Shown: positions 10,956 to 20,773 of the stretch, piece by piece
How positions within the stretch are numbered: position 1 is the stretch's first letter
Layout of the letters: each line of letters begins with the position of its first letter
Source: an uncultured Candidatus Binatia bacterium
GTDB lineage: Bacteria; Desulfobacterota; Binatia; Bin18
Assembly: GCA_965214605.1 (NCBI GenBank)
Contig: OZ243961.1
Span: 2,016,001 to 2,080,000, forward strand
Reading direction: 5' to 3'
Length of the DNA: 64,000 bases
The notes under the pieces: model-generated
What the model was told of the DNA's origin: nothing
Databases searched by the model: none
What the model saw: the letters and a program-made list of their open reading frames with translations, nothing else
Position numbers and translations under genes: made by a program

Positions 10956-12152
10956 CTAACCGCTGTCGCTCACAATGCCGGCATTGACAAGCTGAACGAT
11001 TTGCTCTTCATCGTAACCAAGATTTTGTAATATCCGGCCGGTGTGTTCGCCTAGACCGGGAGCCGGCAAGGGTGATAGAGTGGCCATCGGCTCGGAACAC
11101 AGCCAGGGGACATTAATGGTTGTGTAGGTCCCGGCTACCGGGTGGTCCAACTCTTTGAGCATACCCAAGGCTTCGACCTGCGGACTATGAAACAGCGTCT
11201 CGGCCGTATTCATCCGTACGATCGTGCCGCCCATCCCCTGTACCAGTTGCTGCAGGTCATCAAAACTCCAGCTGGCCAAGAACGGTTTTAACTCGTCGGC
11301 TAACTCGGCCCGGTTATTCAAACGCTTAAACCACTCGTCGAATCTAGGGTCAGTGCCGAGCTGGGGCGTTCCAAGCGTCGTGCACAGAATCTGCCAGGAT
11401 TCATTTTGGTTGCCCCAGTCCATCAGAAAGTTGGCGTCTTTGCACTCAAAGCCATGGTCTGGAGCTTCCGTATACCCGGATATCGGCCGCGCACGCCACT
11501 CATCCGGGTTGCTTTCTGCAGCGGTCGCCCACTGCATGATAGCAACAGCAGCATCCAGCAAAGAGGTTTCAACACGTTGGCCTTCACCGCTCGACTCGCG
11601 CGAGTACAGGGCAGCCAGAATGCCTTGGCAAGCCACCCAGGCCGTGTTTGAAGAAATAATGTCAAAACCGACCCGCAGCGGCAGTTCGTCGGCCCTCCCA
11701 AGCTGACGGAATTTTCCGACAAACGTTTGCAGATCAAGTTCGGTGGCGGGTGTCTGGTTCAAAGGCCCCTGGCTGCCGTAGCCAGAGATAGAACAATAGA
11801 TCAGCCCCCGGTTGTGTTGAGACAGCTCAGCGTAGGACAGTCCCAAACGCTCGACAACCCCAGTCGTATATCCCTCGATGAACACGTCGGCGCCCCTGCT
11901 CAGACGCTGAACAATGTCCTGACCGGTCCGCTCCTTCAGGTTGATGCAGGTGCCCTTTTTGTTCCGATTGAGGCGGATGAACAGGTCGGACTCAGCGTTA
12001 GTGAAAGGCCCGATCGTCCGCAGCCAGTCACCTTCTAGGGGTTCAACCTTGATGACCTCAGCTCCCAGATCGCCCAGCATCGTGGAACACAGCGGGCCAG
12101 TAACTCCTTGGGAGATATCAACAATCGTAATGCCTTCGAGTGCCAAGGCCAT
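10956..12152 (-). CDS. Class III CoA-transferase (CaiB/BaiF), catalytic Asp apparently replaced
   Basis: LGDLGAEVIKVEPLEGD, LNRNKKG, YCSISGYG, APGLGEHT; alternative GTG start at 12182 overlaps the upstream stop. Confidence 0.9.
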   Translation of the reverse strand: MALALEGITIVDISQGVTGPLCSTMLGDLGAEVIKVEPLEGDWLRTIGPFTNAESDLFIRLNRNKKGTCINLKERTGQDIVQRLSRGADVFIEGYTTGVVERLGLSYAELSQHNRGLIYCSISGYGSQGPLNQTPATELDLQTFVGKFRQLGRADELPLRVGFDIISSNTAWVACQGILAALYSRESSGEGQRVETSLLDAAVAIMQWATAAESNPDEWRARPISGYTEAPDHGFECKDANFLMDWGNQNESWQILCTTLGTPQLGTDPRFDEWFKRLNNRAELADELKPFLASWSFDDLQQLVQGMGGTIVRMNTAETLFHSPQVEALGMLKELDHPVAGTYTTINVPWLCSEPMATLSPLPAPGLGEHTGRILQNLGYDEEQIVQLVNAGIVSDSG

Positions 12153-12178
12153 AGCCGTTCTCTCATGCTTGGATATAG

Positions 12179-13366
12179 TCACGCTGCCGACACCCGCGAG
12201 CGATCTAGTGTGACGCCCAGCTCGTGCAAAATCTCCTGCTGATGCTCACCGAGTTGGGGAGCTGGACGGGTAATTGACGTGGTATCACGACTAAACCGCC
12301 ACTGAGCCCGACTGACATTACACAGCCCCCAGGGAGTCTTGATGGTGTCGATCATGCGATTGGCCTGGGTCTGGGGATGCTCTTTCACATAGTGACTACG
12401 CGGCCTGTCGCGTCGATACTGGGCGCACGGCACGCCATGGGCTTTCAGCACTGCTTCCCACTGCCAGGCTGCCTTCTTTTTGAAGTGGGCCTCCAGCAGC
12501 GCTACCAAAGTCTCCCGGTTTTTGATGCGCTCGGCGTTGGTGACAAACCGTGGGTCACGAATCAGCTGGGACAGATTCAGGGCTTCACACAGGCGGGCCC
12601 ACATGCCGTTATGGATGACAGACACACTGATTTCTCCCAGCGCGGTTGAGAAAGCCTGGTCAGGCACGATATTGGGGCGCGAGCTGCCCATCCGCTCAGG
12701 CACCTTTCCGGTCGAGAAATACTCTGCATAACGAGTCAGGCCAGCCAGGGCCGTGGCGTGTAACTGGCTGGTTTCGATTTTCATTCCCCGACCAGTCTTG
12801 GAACGGACGTACAGCGCGGCGAGCAAGCCTATGCAGTTGAGCATGGCTGCGTTCCAATCTAAATTGGCCGTGCCACGTAGAAATTCCGGCTCACCGCCTG
12901 GTTTGCCGTTCAAGCTGGTATAACCACCAGCCGCTTGGGTCATCCATTCGTGGCTGAGCATACCTTTCCACGGCCCTCGGTTACCAAAGGCGGATGCCTG
13001 CAAATAGATGATCCGAGGGTTGATCTTACGCTGGACCTCATAACCTAGGCCCAGACGTTCCATAATGTCGCCAGAGCGGAAGTTATCCAGCGTGACGTCG
13101 GCCGTGGCAACCAGTTTACAGGCAATCTCGCGCTCGGTATCGTTCTTGAGATCTAAACACACAGCGCGTTTGGTGTGGTTATTGCCGATAAAGGTCGTCC
13201 CCATGCCCCCCATCGTCGGGCCGCTAGGTCGGCGGACAATATCTCCACGGGGGTGCTCGACCTTGATCACATCTGCGCCGAGCAAACCGAGATAGGTGGC
13301 GGCAAGCGGGCCAACCGCGGCCATCCCAAAATCCAGCACTCGTATGTCTTTGAGCGGTCCAGCCAT
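12179..13366 (-). CDS. Class III CoA-transferase (CaiB/BaiF)
   Basis: MAGPLKDIRVLDF, LGADVIKVEHPRGD, APQLGEH; RBS AAGGAGG. Confidence 0.9.
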   Translation of the reverse strand: MAGPLKDIRVLDFGMAAVGPLAATYLGLLGADVIKVEHPRGDIVRRPSGPTMGGMGTTFIGNNHTKRAVCLDLKNDTEREIACKLVATADVTLDNFRSGDIMERLGLGYEVQRKINPRIIYLQASAFGNRGPWKGMLSHEWMTQAAGGYTSLNGKPGGEPEFLRGTANLDWNAAMLNCIGLLAALYVRSKTGRGMKIETSQLHATALAGLTRYAEYFSTGKVPERMGSSRPNIVPDQAFSTALGEISVSVIHNGMWARLCEALNLSQLIRDPRFVTNAERIKNRETLVALLEAHFKKKAAWQWEAVLKAHGVPCAQYRRDRPRSHYVKEHPQTQANRMIDTIKTPWGLCNVSRAQWRFSRDTTSITRPAPQLGEHQQEILHELGVTLDRSRVSAA

Positions 13367-13419
13367 AATGCCCTCCTTCCCCGTTCGAGGCTTACTGTGC
13401 CCCGAACCCGGAGCAGAAA

Positions 13420-14170
13420 TCAAGCGTTCGAGCCCGCCTCTCGGTTGAGACAACGGGCCCCGACCTGTCGTGGCAGTCCGCCGGATATGACGAGCTCGAA
13501 CGTCAGGTCAGCAAACGAGTTCAATAGCTCAAAGTAGTCTATCCCCATCTGGGCAGTTACCTTCTGGTCAATAGTCTCTTGCGCTATCTCAATCTGCTGC
13601 TCTTAGTATGCCTTGTGTGTAATCTGGCCAGTGCTGGGCTGGGGGGGGGCGGCGGACGGACTTCTCACGCCGTATCCGTCTTGGGTCTGTCGAGCTTTGG
13701 TGGTCAAATCTGGCACGAATACAAAGTCCGTGCGTTCGTGCTTCAGTACCACCACGACCTGAGCGCCGTCTAGATCGGACAACTTTTACGCGAGGAACTC
13801 CAGCCCGACTCCCACGTCGTCCCAAGTCAGGCTGGAGTACACCCTCTCGAAAATCTGGAAACCATATGTCACAAGCAAGGACTTGACCTGTGCGATTTCA
13901 GCCGCTTCGAAAGAACCGGCAGCCGCCATATGCGGAAGGTCCTTGTGAGGCCCCCTCCCAACCTGTTTGGCCCCGGCAGGCCGGCAATACCTCCAGCCCT
14001 CGCCGACACGCCTGATAGGCAAGCCGGCTGGGGCCTCGCAGGTTGGTCCTCACGGGTTTGAGCCCATAACGCAGTCTTCCTCCAACACCCCGGACCTCTA
14101 CATTATGGACGGCCAGACAGACAATACGCTCACGTGTGGGTATCTCCTGCGACTGGACTGAATTGAGCAC
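13420..14170 (-). pseudogene. Probable decayed gene (possibly a regulator)
   Basis: Protein-like frame with scattered stops (TRERIVCLA...; AEIAQVKSLLVTYGFQIFERVY...*...EQQIEIAQETIDQKV); family not identifiable. Confidence 0.3.
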
Positions 14171-14263
14171 CAGTGGCCCGGCCCAAGTTCACACCCACGG
14201 CTGGTAAAAGCGCAGGGCTCGTTGTAAGACTAGAGACAGGACAGCATTGTTAAGGAGGGGAAT

Positions 14264-15619
14264 ATGCCACAGATATACAAAAACGCTCGGCTGATTGACG
14301 GCCTGGCGGATCAGCCCCGGGAAGGCGTGTCCATTGTCGTCGAGGGCGAACGTATCACCCAGGTCACCAGCGATGACGCCCCGGTTCCGGCCGGAGCCGA
14401 GATCGTTGATCTGACGGGCAAGACGGTCGTACCAGGTCTGATCGACACTCATGTGCACGCTACGTTGTTGGACAGCGAATCGCTGCCCCTGTTTCTGGCC
14501 GGCGGAGTAACAACCGCCCGGGATGTGGGCGGCAAATTGGAGAAGGTCAAACAGCTGCGGGAAGATCTGAACACCGGCACCAAGCTTGGGCCGCGTTTGT
14601 TCATCCTAGGTCCGTTGCTCGACGGAGTGGACCAGAGCATGGACTATAACAGTGAGCTGGGCGAAATACTTGACAGCGTCCCATCGCCGGAAGCCGTGCC
14701 GCAAAAAATCGGCGATTTGCTCAAGGCCGGTGTCGATGGGGTGAAGCTGTACTTCACTCTCCCGCCCGACACGGCTAAAGCGATTATTCGCTTTGTCGAT
14801 AAGCGCGTGCCGGTCACCGGCCACCTGGGCTATACCCACTCGCTCGATCTCATCAATGAGGGCATTGACGGCTTAGAGCACATGTGGATCTCGCCCTACA
14901 ATGAGTTTTGTGCTCTGGACATGCAGTTTGGCGCCGGTGCGTCTATGATGGAGCCCAGTTTTTGGACCCAGATTACCAAAGGCTGGGAAGAAGCCGACCT
15001 GCAGGGTGAAGGCGCTAAGACCTGGTTCGGCGCCATGGTTGATAAGCAGGTCAACATGGGGACAACTCTCGACCTGTTGTGGCTAGCAAAATTTGGTACC
15101 GAAGCCGCACTTAAAGATCCAGACCGCCGCTATATTCCCCCTATGGCCCTGAGACGCCAGCGGGCCATGGCCGCCCGTATTGGCGAGCGGCCCGATTGGG
15201 ATATTCACCCCGGCATATTTGACCCGGCAAAGTGTGCCAAAGCGCTGGAAAAACACCAGGATGCGACCCGCATCCTGCATGAATCCGGGGGACTGGTGGT
15301 TGGCGGCACCGATTGCGGCGGCCTGCCCTACCCGCCACCAGGCTTTGCCCTCCTGCGCGAGATTGAGCTTTTGGCCGAAGCGCTTGGAGCGATGGATGCG
15401 ATTAAGGCGGTGACTTCGGTCGCCGCACGTTATCTGCGCCAACAGGACAATGTTGGCAGTGTGGCCCCAGGTCGCTATGCGGATTTTTCGATTCTCGACG
15501 GCGACCCGCTCCGTGACGTGCGGGAGCTCCGCAATAAAACCGCGGTCGTGCGTGGCGGGGTGAGCTATGACCCGGTCGAGCTGCTGGAGCAGGTACCGCA
15601 CTCTGACCTCGTAAACTAG
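14264..15619 (+). CDS. Amidohydrolase_1 family protein (imidazolonepropionase-like)
   Basis: PGLIDTHVH, GVTTARDVGG, GTDCG, GSVAPGRYADF. Confidence 0.9.
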   Translation: MPQIYKNARLIDGLADQPREGVSIVVEGERITQVTSDDAPVPAGAEIVDLTGKTVVPGLIDTHVHATLLDSESLPLFLAGGVTTARDVGGKLEKVKQLREDLNTGTKLGPRLFILGPLLDGVDQSMDYNSELGEILDSVPSPEAVPQKIGDLLKAGVDGVKLYFTLPPDTAKAIIRFVDKRVPVTGHLGYTHSLDLINEGIDGLEHMWISPYNEFCALDMQFGAGASMMEPSFWTQITKGWEEADLQGEGAKTWFGAMVDKQVNMGTTLDLLWLAKFGTEAALKDPDRRYIPPMALRRQRAMAARIGERPDWDIHPGIFDPAKCAKALEKHQDATRILHESGGLVVGGTDCGGLPYPPPGFALLREIELLAEALGAMDAIKAVTSVAARYLRQQDNVGSVAPGRYADFSILDGDPLRDVRELRNKTAVVRGGVSYDPVELLEQVPHSDLVN

Positions 15620-15722
15620 AGGACAATAACACTGAACGCGGAATGATGAAGAGAGAAGACATCGGCGCGTTCGGGTCTTGCGCCGCCTTGCCATCGGTGC
15701 GGGGCGGCGCTAAGAGGAACCG

Positions 15723-17012
15723 ATGGACCAACACCGATTCAACCAACAGCTGACCAACTTTTTGACCGTCTCCCCAACCCCTTTCCACGCGGTCGAGCAG
15801 ATGGCCGTGGGCCTATCGGAGGCCGGGTTTGAGCGCTTAGCCGAGACCGACACCTGGTCGATGCGACCTGCCGGTCGCTATTTTATTACCCGTAACGACT
15901 CGGCGCTTATTGCCTGGACCGTACCGGTCGAGGAATCGCTGGCCGAGAGCGGTTTTCGGATGGTCGGAGCGCATACCGATTCGCCGTGTCTCAAGGTTAA
16001 GCCCCAGCCCGAGGTGCACCGCCATGGCTGTGTCCAGCTTGGGGTCGAAGTCTACGGCGGAGTTTTACTCAACCCGTGGTTTGATCGCGATTTGTCGCTC
16101 GCCGGCCGGGTCAGCTATCTGAATCGACGTGGCCAGGTCGCTCACCGTTTGCTCAATTTCTCGCAAGCCGTGGCAATCATTCCCAGCCTAGCCATTCATC
16201 TTGACCGCCAGGCCAACACCAGCCGCTCGATCAATGCCCAAACCTATCTCCCCCCCATACTCGGACAGACCGAGGAAAAACCGGACTTGCGAACCCTCCT
16301 CCACCGACGGCTTGAGGCCGACGGCGGCTCAGATGTCTCTCAGGTGTTGGATTATGAGTTATTTTTCTATCCTACCCAGCCCCCAGAGTTCATCGGTCTG
16401 GAACAAGAGTTTATCGCCTCGGCCCGCCTCGACAACCTGCTGAGCTGTTTCATCGGTTTGCAGGCGCTGCTCGGATCAAATACCGACCAGGCCGCCCTCC
16501 TGGTGGCCAACGATCATGAAGAGGTGGGGAGCGCCTCAACGTCCGGGGCGCGCGGACCGATGCTCAGGCAGATGCTGGAGCGCGTCCTACCCGACCCCCA
16601 GCAGCGCGGTCGGGCGCTATCACGATCTATGATGATTTCCACTGATAACGCCCACGGCGTACACCCCAATTTCTCCGACCGACATGAGGATAACCACGGT
16701 CCGCTGCTCAACCACGGCCCGGTCATCAAGCTCAACGCCAACCAACACTACGCGACCAATAGCGAGACCAGCGCCGTTTTCCGCAAACTGGCCGCAGAGG
16801 AGGACGCACCGGTGCAAGCCTTTGTGGTGCGCAGCGATATGGCCTGTGGCAGCACGATCGGACCCCTGACCGCAGCCGAGATTGGCGTACGGACATTGGA
16901 TGTGGGCGTGCCCCAGTGGGCCATGCACTCTGCCCGTGAAGTTGCGGGAACACGGGACGCCTTCAGTCTGAGCCGGATCTTGCGCCGATTTTTCAGAACG
17001 GCCGCGCTGTAG
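15723..17012 (+). CDS. apeB: M18 family aspartyl aminopeptidase
   Basis: SPTPFHAV, GAHTDSP, WFDRDL, RLDNL, DHEEVGS, DNAHGVHPN, CGSTIGP, MHSARE. Confidence 0.93.
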   Translation: MDQHRFNQQLTNFLTVSPTPFHAVEQMAVGLSEAGFERLAETDTWSMRPAGRYFITRNDSALIAWTVPVEESLAESGFRMVGAHTDSPCLKVKPQPEVHRHGCVQLGVEVYGGVLLNPWFDRDLSLAGRVSYLNRRGQVAHRLLNFSQAVAIIPSLAIHLDRQANTSRSINAQTYLPPILGQTEEKPDLRTLLHRRLEADGGSDVSQVLDYELFFYPTQPPEFIGLEQEFIASARLDNLLSCFIGLQALLGSNTDQAALLVANDHEEVGSASTSGARGPMLRQMLERVLPDPQQRGRALSRSMMISTDNAHGVHPNFSDRHEDNHGPLLNHGPVIKLNANQHYATNSETSAVFRKLAAEEDAPVQAFVVRSDMACGSTIGPLTAAEIGVRTLDVGVPQWAMHSAREVAGTRDAFSLSRILRRFFRTAAL

Positions 17013-17484
17013 AGGGGGAGCTGTGCCTTAGGGAGGCCGCTTGCGCCGACTCCTGGCAGCTGTGACATGTATATTATTGGCGTGACCTGTGCGCCGGCCG
17101 GCGCAAACCCCATCGCTCCGACTTCCTCGGTAAAAGCAGGGGACGACCTGCAAGAGAGCGGTGGTACGTCCACCCCCCTCGCAGACGACAGTCGGTTTCC
17201 GTCCGACCGGGTAGATATGTCGGGCGAGATTGAGGGCGTGCTATATTTCAACGTCAGACTGAGGGACACGGGGACAGGCGCCCACGAGGTATGGCCCGGC
17301 GTATGGCGGTTTGAAAAAAACCACTGTGTCGGTGACGCTAGGCTGGACTATGTGCCCAGGGCGTTTGATTTCCTCGTCTCCCGCCAGCCATTCTACCTGC
17401 TCTGGGAGCACCTTGGAACGTTCGGATCCAGCGTGGGGTCCGGATAAAAACGCCGCTGCCCAACACTCATAAGGAACGAAGAAC

Positions 17485-18294
17485 ATGCTGTCTCAAGCGC
17501 TCGACTTCCGGGCCGAAAGTGATACCTTTTTTGATCTCCTTGATGGCCTAGGAGATCAGGACTGGAGCCGAACAACCCAGTTCAAGGGCTGGACTATCAA
17601 CGACGTGCTGGCCCACATCCATCTTGGTAACTATCTGGCAGATCTGTCGTTGCAGGACAGCCAGGCATTCCTCGACTTTATCCAAACCTTCGGGTCGGCC
17701 AGCAAACAATCTACCAACCGTCTCCAGGCGACCCATGACTGGCTAGAGGGCCTGTGCCACCGCACCCTGCTGGAGCGCTGGCGAGCGTTCTACACCGAGA
17801 TGGCCGGTCGATTTGCCAACGTTGACCCCAAGCTGCGGGTCAAATGGGTTGGGCCCGACATGAGTGTACGCTCCAGTATTAGCGCCCGACAGATGGAAAC
17901 CTGGGCCCACGCCCAGGCTGTGTACGATGTGCTGGGCCGGGAGCGGATCGTCACCGACCGCCTCAAAAATGTTGCTGTCATGGGCGTCAACACCTTTGCC
18001 TGGACCTTTCGCAACAGAGGGTTACCCGTTCCCGCCGACCCACCCCGTGTCCGGCTCAGCGCCCCTTCGGGCGGAGTATGGGAGTGGCACTCGGCCGATG
18101 ACCGCAACACGATCCAGGGACAGGCGGTTGAGTTCTGTCAGGTTGTGACCCAGGTACGCAACATTGCCGATACGACTCTCCAAGTGCGAGGTGACACCGC
18201 AACCGCTTGGATGGCGATCGCCCAGTGTTTTGCCGGGCCGCCGGAGAACCCGCCTGCGCCGGGAAGCCGTTTTCGACAAGTGAGGCATCCTTGA
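17485..18294 (+). CDS. TIGR03084-like MDMPI-family metal-binding protein
   Basis: FKGWTINDVLAH, WVGPDMS..SARQMETWAH, IAQCFAGPP. Confidence 0.85.
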   Translation: MLSQALDFRAESDTFFDLLDGLGDQDWSRTTQFKGWTINDVLAHIHLGNYLADLSLQDSQAFLDFIQTFGSASKQSTNRLQATHDWLEGLCHRTLLERWRAFYTEMAGRFANVDPKLRVKWVGPDMSVRSSISARQMETWAHAQAVYDVLGRERIVTDRLKNVAVMGVNTFAWTFRNRGLPVPADPPRVRLSAPSGGVWEWHSADDRNTIQGQAVEFCQVVTQVRNIADTTLQVRGDTATAWMAIAQCFAGPPENPPAPGSRFRQVRHP

Positions 18295-18497
18295 AGGAGC
18301 GACGCTGGGATCAATACGTACTGCTCCTGTTTTCTTCCTCAAACCCGGAAGCTCTCAATGCCGCGTGGTGCTCCAGAGGCTGCAGTTCAGTATTCAGTTG
18401 TTTCAGCACTATATTTTGCGTTAATACGGATCTGATGGCATATGTGGTCAATTGAGTCGCTCACGCGTCCTCCACGCGGTGACGGGGAGGAGAAGAC

Positions 18498-20765
18498 TCA
18501 ATCAAGGACCATCTCCAGGTGTTGGGTCGCCTCATTCCACTCAAATAGTGTCGTTTGGCCTGGCGTCGGGAAATTCTCGACCCGGACCCGTGCACGCGCC
18601 CCCCTCACAAACTCCGCCCCGGCAGTCGCCACCTCGAACGTGCTTCGGGAAAACTCCACCCCGTTATCATAAGCCACCGCGGTATGGACCCCGTCGCCCA
18701 GCGCCGCCCAGTTCATTTGCGCAATAAACCCGTTATCCGTCGTCCCGCAGACATGGCGCGTATCGCCCCGTGGCTGCTTCGTCGCCACACGGATGGGCAC
18801 CCCACCATTGAGGGTGACCGTAATAGTCCCGGCGTTGCACTTCCAGCCCGAGATAAAGCCCAGGCCCGACAGTTTGCCTCCATTGCCGGGACTCTCTAGC
18901 AGCCCGCGCCCGCCTGGGGTGACGCGCTCGCCTGGAGTGAAGCGCACGACCAAGGTATACTGCCCGAAGTCTTGATATCCACTGACCCGGATATAATATC
19001 TCCCGGCCGATATGGACTGAACAAACCGAAAATTACGTCCGGTTCCCGCGTCGTCGTTCGAACTCAGCACTTGGCCGGTTGCGCTCCGCAACCGCCCGAC
19101 CGTGTCCGTACTCCCTGTCGTCTCAACCGTTAAGGTCCCGGCTTGGGACACGCTGATTCGGAAATAATCGACGTCTTCCACCGCCTCAAGATGGCCGGGG
19201 GTTGACGAAGTGGCCTCTATCCGAGTCGCCTCCCCAGGGCTATTCCCGTGGTCGTCTGGGGGTGGAGAGGCGAGGACGTCGTCTCCCGCTAGCCAGCGGC
19301 GGGCATGGGGAAAGAAGAGGTCAAAGCGACCATAGCTGCTGGTGATGGTAAAACACCCCTCATCTAGACGACCACCTGACAGGACACCGCGCAGATACCC
19401 ATCTGCATCAAACAGGCCGGACCCGCTACTACCCGGCTCGGCGGCGCCTCGCAACCAACGAACATCTATCACCTCAACAACTTGTTCGCCGCTATCAAAT
19501 TGCTCGTTTTCATTCTCATCAAGATAAACAACCTTGAAGCCTGTTGTGATTCCATCACTGTACTTCTTGAGGTCGCCTCCAGAATGATGCACCCCATAGA
19601 TCTTCGTGGGATGATTGAGGGCTGCAGAGCTCCAGCCGGCGTACCAGCGGCCCTTCGGGCCCCGTGGAGGGGCCCGCCGGAGTCTCAACAGGGTGGAATC
19701 CGACTTGGCCTGCGTGACCAGAAGGTCCGCACCGCCGTCTAGCTGGGTCACGGTTATCGGGGCGGCCCCGCCACAGCGGGCGCGCTCAAAGTCCCAATAG
19801 GTCACAAGCGATCGAGCGACAGCCTGTGTAGCGATACAATGATGGGCGGTGAGGAAATACGGAAGATAAGAGCCGGCGTCCCTATCAGCCATCAAGACGC
19901 CGGTACATTGAGAGCTCGTGCCATCTTCATTAGTAAAAATCATTTTGGCAGTCGCGCTGGCCTCTGTCGCCACATTGCGACAGTGAACATCGATGTGGGA
20001 GGAACAGGTAGCCCCACCAATATCTCCCAAGCTCTGAGGTGCGTGAGGTGCGTACTGTTTGTTCTGATGGGGGGCAGAGACGAAGTGAGAGACCTGCTCC
20101 ACATACAGGGAGAAGAGAGAAAGCCCTGCGGACGACGGGAGGGTGATGGCAATCCCGACAGTCTTGCCGTCTATGACGGGGGACCACAGCGGGGCGTCCT
20201 GCCCAAGAGACGCGCTGGGACCGGAAGACGCATCGACCGGGGACGTGAAATTATGCTGCGTCAAAGGACCAAATCGTTGACCGGGGTTGGCCGGACTCAA
20301 GAAGCGGAGTTCCGCGCCGGGGCCCAGGGTCGCAGAGACGGCAACCCGCAGCGCCCGGGCTCCGGGAGAGGTGATGCGGAGCCGACTGACGAGCCTCCCA
20401 TCGCCTCGCGTGACCCACGCCAGACGGGGAGCCAGGTCATCCTGATAGGCGGAGGGAATCTCCCGACCAAAACCGATTTGCAACGGGGCAGTCGCGTTAC
20501 GTTGCTCCCCTTCGACCAACTCAGCATCAGTGACGGCCGGCAGAGTAATGCTGAGCGCAGTCGGGTTGGCCGTGTCATCCTGTGTCGGTGGCTGGGCGTA
20601 AGGACCCTGAGCCGCATCCGAGGGCGGCTTTGGCGGTCTGAGTTCGCTGTCAACGGTCCATTCCTGGGGCTGGCCGACGGCCGCCAAACCGAGCACCAGA
20701 ACGCCGGCACACAGAGAGCGGCGCCAAACGCCGTCCCAGCTCTGATGGTGCAGTCTCTTTCTCAT
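18498..20765 (-). CDS. Secreted lysyl-endopeptidase-like (S1) serine protease with PPC domain and C-terminal extension
   Basis: Signal-like N-terminus; triad motifs FLTAHHC, SDSTLL, GSSGSGLF; PPC-like DDHGN...DVDYFRI...DTVGRL; start uncertain. Confidence 0.85.
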   Translation of the reverse strand: MRKRLHHQSWDGVWRRSLCAGVLVLGLAAVGQPQEWTVDSELRPPKPPSDAAQGPYAQPPTQDDTANPTALSITLPAVTDAELVEGEQRNATAPLQIGFGREIPSAYQDDLAPRLAWVTRGDGRLVSRLRITSPGARALRVAVSATLGPGAELRFLSPANPGQRFGPLTQHNFTSPVDASSGPSASLGQDAPLWSPVIDGKTVGIAITLPSSAGLSLFSLYVEQVSHFVSAPHQNKQYAPHAPQSLGDIGGATCSSHIDVHCRNVATEASATAKMIFTNEDGTSSQCTGVLMADRDAGSYLPYFLTAHHCIATQAVARSLVTYWDFERARCGGAAPITVTQLDGGADLLVTQAKSDSTLLRLRRAPPRGPKGRWYAGWSSAALNHPTKIYGVHHSGGDLKKYSDGITTGFKVVYLDENENEQFDSGEQVVEVIDVRWLRGAAEPGSSGSGLFDADGYLRGVLSGGRLDEGCFTITSSYGRFDLFFPHARRWLAGDDVLASPPPDDHGNSPGEATRIEATSSTPGHLEAVEDVDYFRISVSQAGTLTVETTGSTDTVGRLRSATGQVLSSNDDAGTGRNFRFVQSISAGRYYIRVSGYQDFGQYTLVVRFTPGERVTPGGRGLLESPGNGGKLSGLGFISGWKCNAGTITVTLNGGVPIRVATKQPRGDTRHVCGTTDNGFIAQMNWAALGDGVHTAVAYDNGVEFSRSTFEVATAGAEFVRGARARVRVENFPTPGQTTLFEWNEATQHLEMVLD

Positions 20766-20773
20766 ACGAGTCC

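Noticed and set aside
17067-17447. 126-aa ORF between apeB and the TIGR03084-like gene
   Set aside because: No RBS or family motif recognised; may be a remnant
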